A stretch of DNA of 29,380 nt from Candidatus Woesearchaeota archaeon (GCA_964536715.1 CAZHYK010000002.1:1-29380); one strand, 5' to 3'. Numbered from the stretch's first letter, positions 19,494 to 27,753 are shown. The notes: generated from the sequence alone by a model not told the origin. Numbers and translations: made by a program.

Positions 19494-20462
19494 TTAAGAA
19501 ATTAGATTAATATTAATTTTTTTAATACCTTTAGACTCGGTTATTATTTTTTCCAAGGCATTAAATGGAATTTCTCCAATCACTTCTAGATTATTTTCTC
19601 TTACATTTAATTTAACTTGTCCAGGTATATTCTTTCCTCTAAGATAGCCACTTAATCGATGTTTTAATCCATAGCTTGCATTAGGGCTTCTAGATTCAAA
19701 GTTTATCATATAATTTTGCAGCCCTGCCATTTTGTCTTCTGCACAACGCAAAGCAGAGAGTTCTCTTCGAGCAAGGTAGTCATAAAATTGTAATTGTTTT
19801 TGTTCAGGATTTAAGAAAGGAGATAATTTTTCACTAGTCTCAGATCCTGACTCTTTAAATCCTTCAATTGCTCCAAATAGATAGTCTTGGAAAAGGATGG
19901 ATTCTCCTTGAGGAATGGTGATTGGTAAAAATTCTAACTTTTTTAATCCGACATTCATTATAATATTTGCAGTTCTTTTATTTCCATTAGTAAAGGGTTG
20001 AATTCTTATTAGGTGAAAATATTTTAATATAGATTCTTCTAATGGGTGAAATTCTCCTACCTCGATAGATTGGGATAATCTATCTAATTGTGTTTCTATC
20101 CTAAATCTATCAATAGGAGCATAATGAATATTTGAAAATCTTGCTCCTCCTTCCCTAAATTTTGCATAGTTTCCTTGAGGACTTTTTAGGATTGGTTCTA
20201 CTCTTCCGGCTATTTCTTTTAGAGTTTGATAATTTAAGTTGCTTCCTAAATTTTTATCTGCATAATTCCAGGCTTTTTTAAAATTTTCAATAACTTCTAT
20301 TTTTCTTTCTTCATTATCCCTGTCTTGTATAGGGGCATTTTCCATTACCTGTTCCTCCATTGTTTTGAATACTTCTCCAATCATATTAGGAACTTTAGAT
20401 TTATCAAGTCTATTTTTTGCATCTTCTATTTTATCTAATAAATTTTGATTTAGAATTTTCAT
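19494..20462 (-). CDS. Fic/Doc family protein with a degenerate motif and a C-terminal alpha/beta domain
   Basis: 'HLIRIQPFTNGNKRTAN' against the canonical HPFx(D/E)GNGR/GNKR; 'G..A.FR.....F' flap. Confidence 0.85.
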   Translation of the reverse strand: MKILNQNLLDKIEDAKNRLDKSKVPNMIGEVFKTMEEQVMENAPIQDRDNEERKIEVIENFKKAWNYADKNLGSNLNYQTLKEIAGRVEPILKSPQGNYAKFREGGARFSNIHYAPIDRFRIETQLDRLSQSIEVGEFHPLEESILKYFHLIRIQPFTNGNKRTANIIMNVGLKKLEFLPITIPQGESILFQDYLFGAIEGFKESGSETSEKLSPFLNPEQKQLQFYDYLARRELSALRCAEDKMAGLQNYMINFESRSPNASYGLKHRLSGYLRGKNIPGQVKLNVRENNLEVIGEIPFNALEKIITESKGIKKININLIS

Positions 20463-20527
20463 AAAGGTATAAATGAATAAATATTTTTAAGTCTTTCTAT
20501 TCGTCATTTTTAAATAGGAACACTTAA

Positions 20528-20935
20528 TTATCGATACGAAGTTTGTCGTTTTGCTCTCGCCTTAGAATCTCCGGGTTTGTAGGCCTCTCTTCTTCGTGTA
20601 TCTGCTACAAGTAAGTTCCTATCGTAGACTAGATAAGATTTTCGGAGATCTTCATTTTTTGTAAATGCTACAATTGCTCTTGCAATTGCTAATCTTGCGG
20701 CTTCTATTTGTGAGGAGATTCCTCCTCCTTTTACATTTACTGAAATATCGTAATTTGCCTTTCCAAGAAGATTTTCTGCTATCCTCAAAGGTTCTTGGAT
20801 TTGTAATTGTTGAATTTTAGAAAAAGAAGATAAGTTTCTTTGATTTATTTTAATCGTCCCAGTTCCTTCTTTTATTGTTGCCTTTCCTACGGCTGTTTTT
20901 CTCTTACTGGAAATTACTAGATTTTTTGGAACCAT
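20528..20935 (-). CDS. rps9: 30S ribosomal protein uS9
   Basis: 'KRKTAV.KA', 'V.GGG...Q.EA.R.AIA', 'YDR.LLV.D.RR.E..KP...KARA..Q.SYR'. Confidence 0.97.
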   Translation of the reverse strand: MVPKNLVISSKRKTAVGKATIKEGTGTIKINQRNLSSFSKIQQLQIQEPLRIAENLLGKANYDISVNVKGGGISSQIEAARLAIARAIVAFTKNEDLRKSYLVYDRNLLVADTRRREAYKPGDSKARAKRQTSYR

Positions 20936-21330
20936 ATTAATTTAGATACCTCCGAAAGTTTCATATATTTTTGAGGAAGCCTTGCATCCAATTTAGTGAA
21001 TTCTATTTTTGATGAATCAAATTCATTTTTGCCATAACATTTTATTTTCTTATAGGCATCTCTTCCTCTTTGCTTATCCCAAGGTAACATTCCCCTAATT
21101 AATCTTTTTAATAATCTAGGAGCAGGTCTTGGAATTTTCGGTCCCTTGAGACTATTCCCTCCTTTATTTCTTAAATTTGTAATTCTCTCTAAAACATCTT
21201 TTTTATTTCCAGAAATTATTGCATCCTCACAATTCAAAATGTAAACTTCATCTCCTGTTAAAACTTTTCTTGCTGTAAAAGTTCCTATTCTTCCTAAAGG
21301 CAAATTTGTTGCATCTATATATATTTTCAT
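20917..21330 (-). CDS. rpl13: 50S ribosomal protein uL13
   Basis: 'IDA....LGR....A', 'GP..PR.....LKR.IRGMLP....RGR.A'. Confidence 0.95.
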   Translation of the reverse strand: MKIYIDATNLPLGRIGTFTARKVLTGDEVYILNCEDAIISGNKKDVLERITNLRNKGGNSLKGPKIPRPAPRLLKRLIRGMLPWDKQRGRDAYKKIKCYGKNEFDSSKIEFTKLDARLPQKYMKLSEVSKLIWFQKI

Positions 21331-21698
21331 TTTATTAATCTTAAATTATTTAATTCTGGATTCTTTTTAATCTCTTCTAAAATTTCTACGAAATCTGTTT
21401 TAGAGTCTTTCATTTTTTCTTTTGCTTTTTCAGAGGCATTCCAAGAGACAACTTTTATTTTTTTTGTTAAAATTCCCGAACTTAAAATTTTTCCTGGAAT
21501 AAAAATTGCATCATTTTCTTTTACAAGTTTATCTATCTGATCAAGGTTTAACTCTATTTGTTTTTTTACAGGTAGTGCAAGATATTTAGCAAATCCAGGA
21601 TTTTTCTTTTTGATAATTGTTATTGCTTCAGCTAATTCTTTGTTAGTCTTTCTAGAAGATCTCTTCTCAATTTTCGTTTTGGATGTTTTTCTTTCCAT
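21327..21698 (-). CDS. rpl18e: 50S ribosomal protein eL18
   Basis: 'NL..I', 'IPGKILSSG', 'S..A.EK'; first gene of the L18e-L13-S9 cluster. Confidence 0.9.
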   Translation of the reverse strand: MERKTSKTKIEKRSSRKTNKELAEAITIIKKKNPGFAKYLALPVKKQIELNLDQIDKLVKENDAIFIPGKILSSGILTKKIKVVSWNASEKAKEKMKDSKTDFVEILEEIKKNPELNNLRLIK

Positions 21699-21790
21699 TT
21701 TTTTAATGCGATAGAAGTCTATTAAGACCTACTCAACGCGTGAGCTCGCAGGTGATTGGAGTTGCCAAACTTTGTTTAAAAAGCTTTTGA

Positions 21791-22327
21791 TTATTCCTTA
21801 TATTCGGTATCTACTCGAATTTTACAGGGAAGTCTAGGTTTAACTGCCTTTATAAGCTCTCTTACTTTTTCTTCATTCTTTTTTCCGTTTACTCCGATAA
21901 TAAATAAAATACTTTCTGCTTTTATCAATGCGGATCTATTTAATGCCTTTCCAAATGAACGGGCCATACCACTACTCATTCTATCTGCTCCTGCTCCTGT
22001 CAACATTCTGTTTTCTCTAACGATGTGATGAGGATAGGGTCTAATTTCAAGATAAAATTCTTTTCCTATATCTTCAGTTAAAAATCTGTTGAGATACTGC
22101 CTAGTTGCTTCAAGAGCACCATCTCTTAGCTGTATGGATTCTTTGGCCCTTATAGTCAAAATTGTTTTGTATCTTTCGTCCCTGTATCCTTTTAAGTCCC
22201 CCATTCTGAATTTTGTTAATTTCATATGTGGAACAGTTCTAACATAGGAGAGTTTTTGTTTTTTACTTTTTCTTGTATATGGGACTGCAGTTATCTTGGA
22301 ATAACAGCTTGCTTTTCTTACCGCCAT
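21791..22327 (-). CDS. rpl10e: 50S ribosomal protein uL16 (L10e)
   Basis: 'Q.RD.ALEA.R...N', 'PYPHH.VREN.M..GAGADR.S.GM..SFGK'. Confidence 0.97.
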   Translation of the reverse strand: MAVRKASCYSKITAVPYTRKSKKQKLSYVRTVPHMKLTKFRMGDLKGYRDERYKTILTIRAKESIQLRDGALEATRQYLNRFLTEDIGKEFYLEIRPYPHHIVRENRMLTGAGADRMSSGMARSFGKALNRSALIKAESILFIIGVNGKKNEEKVRELIKAVKPRLPCKIRVDTEYKE

Positions 22328-22599
22328 TATTTCTTCTCCTCTAAAATTTTAACTTCAGTTCCGATAGATTGTCCAGGAAGTCCGGTTTCAAAAATAGCTC
22401 TTAAGATTCCATTTCTCCCGTGAGTTGAGGCAATTTTCCCAGAAATAATTTTATTAGCTGGGGAGGTCCACTCCACCTTTTTTTCTATAAATTTTTCAGC
22501 TTTTTCTTTAGAATCTATTCCTTCTATTTCTATGAGCATATGTTTCTCGTGAATTGTTCTCTTTCCTCGTCTGAATTGCATAATTTTTGCTTTTACCAT
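22327..22599 (-). CDS. rpl35ae: 50S ribosomal protein eL33 (L35Ae)
   Basis: 'FRRG', 'G.I...HG..G..RA.F..GLPGQ..G..V'. Confidence 0.95.
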   Translation of the reverse strand: MVKAKIMQFRRGKRTIHEKHMLIEIEGIDSKEKAEKFIEKKVEWTSPANKIISGKIASTHGRNGILRAIFETGLPGQSIGTEVKILEEKK

Positions 22600-22656
22600 G
22601 TGATTAGGTTGAGAAATTGGTTTATAAAGTTTTTGATAAGGAATTTTAAATCTAAC

Positions 22657-24537
22657 TTAGTATTTTAAGTTAAAATTTTTAAATTCCTTTTTTAGAATTT
22701 CTATATCTTTATAACTTATTGAAACTGGTTTATTTTTATGTTCTTCAAGTGCCTTGTTTAATTCCTCAATATTAGATTCTTTTAGAGAGTTTTCTGAGAC
22801 TTTTTTCACAATTCCCTCTTCAATGATAAAAGTTTCCTTTAGGAAGAAAAGCTCCGCTTTTCTCTTCCCATTATCTATTAAAAATCTAGATTTATTTAAG
22901 GAATTTAGGTCACATCTTTGATTATACTCGATTAGAGTATCAACAATTTCCTGTCCTAGTTTTCTTGCCTGATCTACATGATTTATCTCCTTTCCAGTCA
23001 TTATATCTACTTTCTTTTTTCCCTTAGGATCTTTTTTAGTTTTTGGGTTTTTCTTTTCTTCTAAAATCCCCTTCTTAGTTTTAGCAATAAACTCTAAATT
23101 TTCCAAGAATTTTTTAGGGAATTTTCCAGTTTTTACCATTTGTTTTTCAAACTCTTTCAAAATTTCTTTTTCCTCTTTTTTATCAATGAGAGCTCCTACC
23201 ATTCCGAAGGTTTCTTCATAAACACTTTTTATTAGATTTTCTTGAACTCTTACTTCAATTTGTTTTCTTAAATCCTTTAATCTCTTGATATAATCTAAGG
23301 ATTTTTTATAAATGATATCTAGATCGGTTCCAGAGATTTTTTTTATTTTCCCATGTTCATATCCCTTGAAATATTTTATAACGACTTCGTGAAGGATGTC
23401 AGCATATTTTTGTTCTATTAATTTTTCTTTAGTTACAAAAGTTTCTTTAAATAACTCTACAGTTTCTTTGTGTGTCGGTGGAGCAAGTCCATAGAGCATC
23501 AAAACTCCTTGTGTCGGAGTTAGTACCCCCCAATAAATATCTATCATTAAGATATCTAAAAGTCTTCTATCTACACTTTCTGCAAGTCTATCTCCGGAAG
23601 ACATGAATATATCTAGAGCTTCAGGACTAGGCTTTATTTTACCCATTCTTAGAAGTTGTTTCCAAGGTAAGAAAGCTCCCCTATCATAAAGAGGAATACC
23701 ATCTCTAATGAATGTAAACATTACAGGTTGAGCGTCTTTTACAGCTTCCCAAAATTCAGTTAAAAGATAGGTTTGAACATTAAGAATATTTTTTACTCCT
23801 GCAAGTGCAGTTGCTTCTTGGATGTATTGAAAAATTATTGCTCTAAGTTTCTCTTTTAATTCTAATCTAGGCATTCGTTTTACATCGGTATCATCAATAA
23901 CTACAAAAATATCTACATCGGAAGTAGGTTTTGCCTCTCCTCTAGCCAAAGAACCAGCGAAGACATAACTTGTTACATATTTTTCAAATTTTTTTAGAAC
24001 AAGGGATTTATGTATTTGAGCAACTCTTATTCCTCCTAAAATTCCCTTATCTAAAATCGGATAAGACATTGCAAGAGCTTCGGCAACTTCAAACTTTGAA
24101 TCTAGGCAGAGATTCCACATATCAACAGGAGTCATTAAATGAACCCAAATATTAGAATCTATGGACTTGGCAATTTTAATTAATTCTAGTTTTATTTTTT
24201 GAATTTCTTTAAATTTATCTTCAGGAATAATTGTTAAAACATGAATTAATTCTTTTTTAGAATCTTCTTCAGAAATTTCATATTCTTCTTCAATTTTTTT
24301 ATTAGCTTGTTGAGGAATTAGGCCTATAGCTTCAATAAATTTAAATTTTGTTATAGATTCTTTTTTAAATTTTTCAAGATTATTTTTCATTTCATCCATT
24401 TTTTTTTGCATATCACTTTCTAGAGGATTTTGAATAGGAAGATCTCCCAGCTTAGATTTAGGAATATAACTATCAGAAATATTTTGTTCAACAGATTCTT
24501 CTCTTTTTTTATTTTTCCGAGAACTTTTTTCAACCAT
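22657..24537 (-). CDS. Nucleotidyltransferase (Pol beta/MNT-like) plus HEPN-like helical domain fusion
   Basis: 'FAGSLARGE....SDVD.FV..DD' NTase motif; helical 'DIYW...TP.Q..LM..G..PP..KE....F...FV....I...Y' HEPN-like region; degenerate NTase-like N-terminal half. Confidence 0.75.
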   Translation of the reverse strand: MVEKSSRKNKKREESVEQNISDSYIPKSKLGDLPIQNPLESDMQKKMDEMKNNLEKFKKESITKFKFIEAIGLIPQQANKKIEEEYEISEEDSKKELIHVLTIIPEDKFKEIQKIKLELIKIAKSIDSNIWVHLMTPVDMWNLCLDSKFEVAEALAMSYPILDKGILGGIRVAQIHKSLVLKKFEKYVTSYVFAGSLARGEAKPTSDVDIFVVIDDTDVKRMPRLELKEKLRAIIFQYIQEATALAGVKNILNVQTYLLTEFWEAVKDAQPVMFTFIRDGIPLYDRGAFLPWKQLLRMGKIKPSPEALDIFMSSGDRLAESVDRRLLDILMIDIYWGVLTPTQGVLMLYGLAPPTHKETVELFKETFVTKEKLIEQKYADILHEVVIKYFKGYEHGKIKKISGTDLDIIYKKSLDYIKRLKDLRKQIEVRVQENLIKSVYEETFGMVGALIDKKEEKEILKEFEKQMVKTGKFPKKFLENLEFIAKTKKGILEEKKNPKTKKDPKGKKKVDIMTGKEINHVDQARKLGQEIVDTLIEYNQRCDLNSLNKSRFLIDNGKRKAELFFLKETFIIEEGIVKKVSENSLKESNIEELNKALEEHKNKPVSISYKDIEILKKEFKNFNLKY

Positions 24538-24616
24538 AATTCTTTTAACTTTATAGAGTTTATAAAGTTTCTCTAGGATTAAAGTGGAAGTCGAAGCTTC
24601 AGATTTATAAAATCGA

Positions 24617-24879
24617 AAGGACAGAAAATTTCTTATTTTCTGTATCTAAAGAAAAGGAGTTTAAATAATCAATTTTTGTTCCTCAAAAATTCTATCTTAG
24701 TTTCTTTTGGTTAGGAGGAGCTTTTCTTTTCTAAAGAAAAGGAGTTCGTTTGGAGACAATGATTGATAAGCGAAGCGAAGAAATCCTAACTAAATTTTTC
24801 TTTATTAGGAGGAACTTTCTTTTTTCTAAAAAGAAAGGAGTTCTTCGGAAGGACAGAAAATTTCTTATTTTCTGTATCT
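24617..24879. repeat. Cluster of modular hairpin repeats (A units 24617-24647 and 24849-24879; B units about 24696-24749 and 24795-24843)
   Basis: A: identical 31-mers AAGGACAGAAAATTTCTTATTTTCTGTATCT with a 9-bp stem. B: TTAGGAGGA..CTTTTCTTT-TCT-AAAGAAAAG.GAGTTC and CTTTCTTTTT-TCT-AAAAAGAAAG. Confidence 0.9.
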
Positions 24880-24916
24880 GAGCTCTATCTCTTAGAGCGA
24901 GGGGTGAGACTCCAAC

Positions 24917-24989
24917 AGCCTCGAGTGGGAGTCGAACCCACGACCTATTGCTTACGAAGCAATTACTCTACCAACTGAGCTATCGAGGC
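24917..24989 (-). tRNA. tRNA-Thr(CGU)
   Basis: GCCTCGA/TCGAGGC acceptor, anticodon loop TT-CGT-AA, T-loop TTCGACT, U73; no CCA. Confidence 0.96.
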
Positions 24990-25592
24990 TTAGAATAAAT
25001 TCTTTTGAGGAATTTCTTTTTTAACAATTTCTATATCTTCTTCCCAGAGAGATTTTAATCTTTGATTATAAATTATTGCAGCAGGATGAAAAAGAGGAAT
25101 TAATTTTATCTCTTCTCCTTGAAAATTTAGTTCCTTTATTTTTCCGTGGAGGGAAGTAATTCCAGGTTGTTTTTCCATAATCTCTACTTCTCCATTCGAT
25201 AGAAAAAACTTTGTTGCATAGTTCCCAAGAGAACAAATTATGGAAGGTTTCATTTCTTTAATTTGCTTGACTAACCAAGGAGTGTGCATTTTTATTTCTT
25301 CAATAGAAGGATCTCTATTTTCTGGAGGACGACATTTCAGGATATTTGCAATATAGATATCTTCCAAAGAAAGTCCTACACTTTCTAAAAGTTTATCTAG
25401 GTTTTTTCCTGCTGCTCCACAAAAAGGAATTCCTTGTTCATCCTCATTTTTTCCAGGAGCTTCACCAACAAAAAGAATTCTTGCATTTATATTTCCTTTT
25501 CCTACCACGATATTTTTACAATTCTTACAAATTTCAGTTTGTTTAACTAATTCAGCTTCAGGAAAATTAAATTCCAGCTCATTTAATGCCAT
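24990..25592 (-). CDS. udg: Uracil-DNA glycosylase family 4
   Basis: 'FVGEAPG..ED..G.PF.G.AG..L', 'N.LKCRPPENRDP', 'HPA..'. Confidence 0.95.
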   Translation of the reverse strand: MALNELEFNFPEAELVKQTEICKNCKNIVVGKGNINARILFVGEAPGKNEDEQGIPFCGAAGKNLDKLLESVGLSLEDIYIANILKCRPPENRDPSIEEIKMHTPWLVKQIKEMKPSIICSLGNYATKFFLSNGEVEIMEKQPGITSLHGKIKELNFQGEEIKLIPLFHPAAIIYNQRLKSLWEEDIEIVKKEIPQKNLF

Positions 25593-25642
25593 GAGATAAT
25601 AATGGTTAAACTATTTAAATAACTTTTTACAATAAATTTTAT

Positions 25643-25715
25643 GCTCCTATAGTTCAGCTGGATAGAATACAGGGTTGCGGTCTCTGTGACCGAGGTTCAA
25701 GTCCTCGTAGGGGCA
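25643..25715 (+). tRNA. tRNA-Arg(GCG)
   Basis: GCTCCTA/TAGGGGC acceptor, anticodon loop TT-GCG-GT, T-loop TTCAAGT; no CCA. Confidence 0.94.
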
Positions 25716-25979
25716 TTAATTCTTACCTCCCTTTACTTTCCCCCAATTATCCTCTAAAAAAGAAAACTCATAATTTTGAAGATTAATATTTCCAAGAATA
25801 GAAAGATTATCAAAAAGTTCTTTAGGAAGAGTTCTATTTTCGTTAAAATAACTCTTCAATGTTGAATATGGAATGTCAAACCCTCTTTCAATTAGATTTC
25901 TCAGCGAGGGGCAATTTGCATTTTCTAGAACTTCCTTAAAGAATCTTCTTTGTTGTCCTTTGTGAAATTTAACTCTCAT
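25716..25979 (-). CDS. Small HTH-like hypothetical protein ending in NWGKVKGGK
   Basis: Helical 'SLR.L....DIPYSTLK.Y..E.R.LP..LF..L' pattern; its stop abuts the tRNA-Arg 3' end. Confidence 0.65.
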   Translation of the reverse strand: MRVKFHKGQQRRFFKEVLENANCPSLRNLIERGFDIPYSTLKSYFNENRTLPKELFDNLSILGNINLQNYEFSFLEDNWGKVKGGKN

Positions 25980-26073
25980 AATTTTAAATATATTTCAGAG
26001 TTTATAAATTTCACTGCGCAACCATACCATGCAAAACTTTATAAAGGAAAAATTTGATTTAATTGAAACTAAA

Positions 26074-26169
26074 GTTTTCCTAGTTTAGACGACGTGTCAA
26101 GAAAACTTAAGGTTGTCTACGCAGAACGCAGTGGGCTAACTTAAGGGAAAAGTGACGTGTTAGGAAAAC
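26074..26169 (+). ncRNA. Candidate structured RNA / 5' leader of the rpl44e operon
   Basis: Four nested helices: 26074-82/26161-69, 26092-99/26153-60, 26106-11/26140-45, 26115-20/26131-36. G-U pairs work only on the + strand. TATA-like site at about 26038. Confidence 0.45.
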
Positions 26170-26187
26170 CGTAGGTTGTCATACACA

Positions 26188-26496
26188 ATGAAAGTTCCAA
26201 AGAAAACAAAACGATATTGTCCTTATTGTGACAAAGTAACTGAACAGAAGATAAAACAAGTTAGCACCGGAGGAAAGAAAGGTGCACTTACTCGAGGAAC
26301 TAAGATTAGGGCTAAACTTAGAGGTAAAAATAGGGGGATGGGAAATTTAGGAAGATATAGTAAAAAACCGGTTACAAAATTTAAGATGAAAACAAAGACT
26401 ACTAAAAAAGCGGCATTTTTATATACATGTTCTGTTTGTAATAAATCTAAACCTAAATCAAAAGGAATCCGAACAGGAAAATTGGTAATGGAATAA
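26188..26496 (+). CDS. rpl44e: 50S ribosomal protein eL42 (L44e)
   Basis: 'MK.PK....YCP.C', 'KTTKK....Y.C..C.K'. ATG 26188 preferred over TTG 26176. Confidence 0.95.
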   Translation: MKVPKKTKRYCPYCDKVTEQKIKQVSTGGKKGALTRGTKIRAKLRGKNRGMGNLGRYSKKPVTKFKMKTKTTKKAAFLYTCSVCNKSKPKSKGIRTGKLVME

Positions 26497-26497
26497 A

Positions 26498-27181
26498 ATG
26501 GCAATAAAGGAAAAACCTACAAGAAAAGCAACAGTAAAGAAGAAATTTATTCAGATAGAGGTTCCAGCCTTAAATGAGGAAATTAGCGCTCTTGGAACTA
26601 TTGAAAGTTTAAATGGAAGAATGATAAAACTGGACCTCTCTAGAAAGTTAAGGGGAAGAAGTTTAGAAGCTACGTTTTTAGTAGGAATAGAGGATGAAAA
26701 ACTAGTTGCTTATCCCAGAAGATTAAAATTAACTAGACAGTATATTTCAAGAATGATGAGAAAGAGAATCAATTATGTTGAGGACTCCTTTGAAGCCTCC
26801 TGTAAAGATATTAGTTGTATTGTAAAACCATTTTTATTAACGAGAAAAAAAGTTTCCAGAGCTATAAGAAATAACTTGAGAAAAGCAACTAAAGAATTTA
26901 TTCTAGATTATATAAAGGAGAAAAATTATCTTGATATTTGTGAAAATATTCTCTACTCCGAACTTCAAAAAGAACTCTCCCTTAAACTTAAGAAAATCTA
27001 TCCATTATCATTCTGTGAGATAAGAGTTTTTGAGACTAAGAATTTAGGCAGTGCAGATAAGACAAGAAGTGAAAAAATAGTTAGGGAAGAAATTTTAGAA
27101 AATGAAGAAGAATCCAATGAAGAACCCGAAGATATAGAAAATAATTCTAAAGATGAATTGACTGAAGAAAAGGAGGAGTAA
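26498..27181 (+). CDS. rps3ae: 30S ribosomal protein eS1 (S3Ae) with acidic tail
   Basis: 'GR.I..DL', 'Y..R..RK....V.D', 'KKIYPL..CEIR'. Confidence 0.88.
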   Translation: MAIKEKPTRKATVKKKFIQIEVPALNEEISALGTIESLNGRMIKLDLSRKLRGRSLEATFLVGIEDEKLVAYPRRLKLTRQYISRMMRKRINYVEDSFEASCKDISCIVKPFLLTRKKVSRAIRNNLRKATKEFILDYIKEKNYLDICENILYSELQKELSLKLKKIYPLSFCEIRVFETKNLGSADKTRSEKIVREEILENEEESNEEPEDIENNSKDELTEEKEE

Positions 27182-27717
27182 TGACAATCCAACAATGTTT
27201 AGTTCTTGTAAAGCCGGATGGTTTAGTAAAATCTATTACAGGAGATATTATTTCTGCACTTTCTGAATCTAGATTAAAAATTGTAGGTTCTAAAATTGTT
27301 TCTGTAAAAAGAGAGCTTGCAGAAAAACACTATTCCGGATTAAAAGAAGATCTTATCAACAAGTTTGGAGAAGAAAAAGGCATTCAAACTTTTGAAAATA
27401 TAATGGAATACATCCAAGGAAAATTTCATACCAATAGAGTAATGGCCTTGGTTTATCATGGAGAGAATGCAATTTCTAAGATAAGAGAAATTGTCGGATC
27501 TACAAACCCTGAAAGTGCAAATCCTATAAGTATTAGGGGAAAATATGGAAGAATAAATTCCTCTACAAATGTTTTTGAAACAGCAGTTCATGCATCCGAT
27601 TCTGAAGAGTCTGCAAAAAGAGAGATTCAACTCTGGTTTTCTCCAGACGAATTGACCGAGATAATTTATCCTATAGAAAAAATTAATGAGACAATTGAAA
27701 GAAATTCTTGGAAATAA
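27181..27717 (+). CDS. ndk: Nucleoside diphosphate kinase
   Basis: 'LVKPDG', 'R..VG.TNP..A...SIRG.YG', catalytic 'VHASDS'. Confidence 0.96.
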   Translation: MTIQQCLVLVKPDGLVKSITGDIISALSESRLKIVGSKIVSVKRELAEKHYSGLKEDLINKFGEEKGIQTFENIMEYIQGKFHTNRVMALVYHGENAISKIREIVGSTNPESANPISIRGKYGRINSSTNVFETAVHASDSEESAKREIQLWFSPDELTEIIYPIEKINETIERNSWK

Positions 27718-27753
27718 TAACTCTTTTAAACCCTGCTTCTTAAAATCTATTGT

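Noticed and set aside
20528-22599. Absence of rpoD/rpoN/rpoK around rpl18e-rpl13-rps9 as a novel feature
   Set aside because: Operon fragmentation is commonplace in reduced archaeal genomes, and the genes may lie elsewhere.
24617-24879. CRISPR array interpretation of the repeated 31-mers
   Set aside because: Only two identical units, about 200 bp apart, with other repeats between them; no regular repeat-spacer period and no cas genes.
26074-26169. 5S rRNA, SRP RNA or RNase P RNA identity for the folded segment
   Set aside because: No 5S loop C/E motifs, no SRP helix-8 GNRA/AGCAG motif, and the weak CAGAA...GGCT resemblance to RNase P CR-V has no matching P4 partner; also too short.
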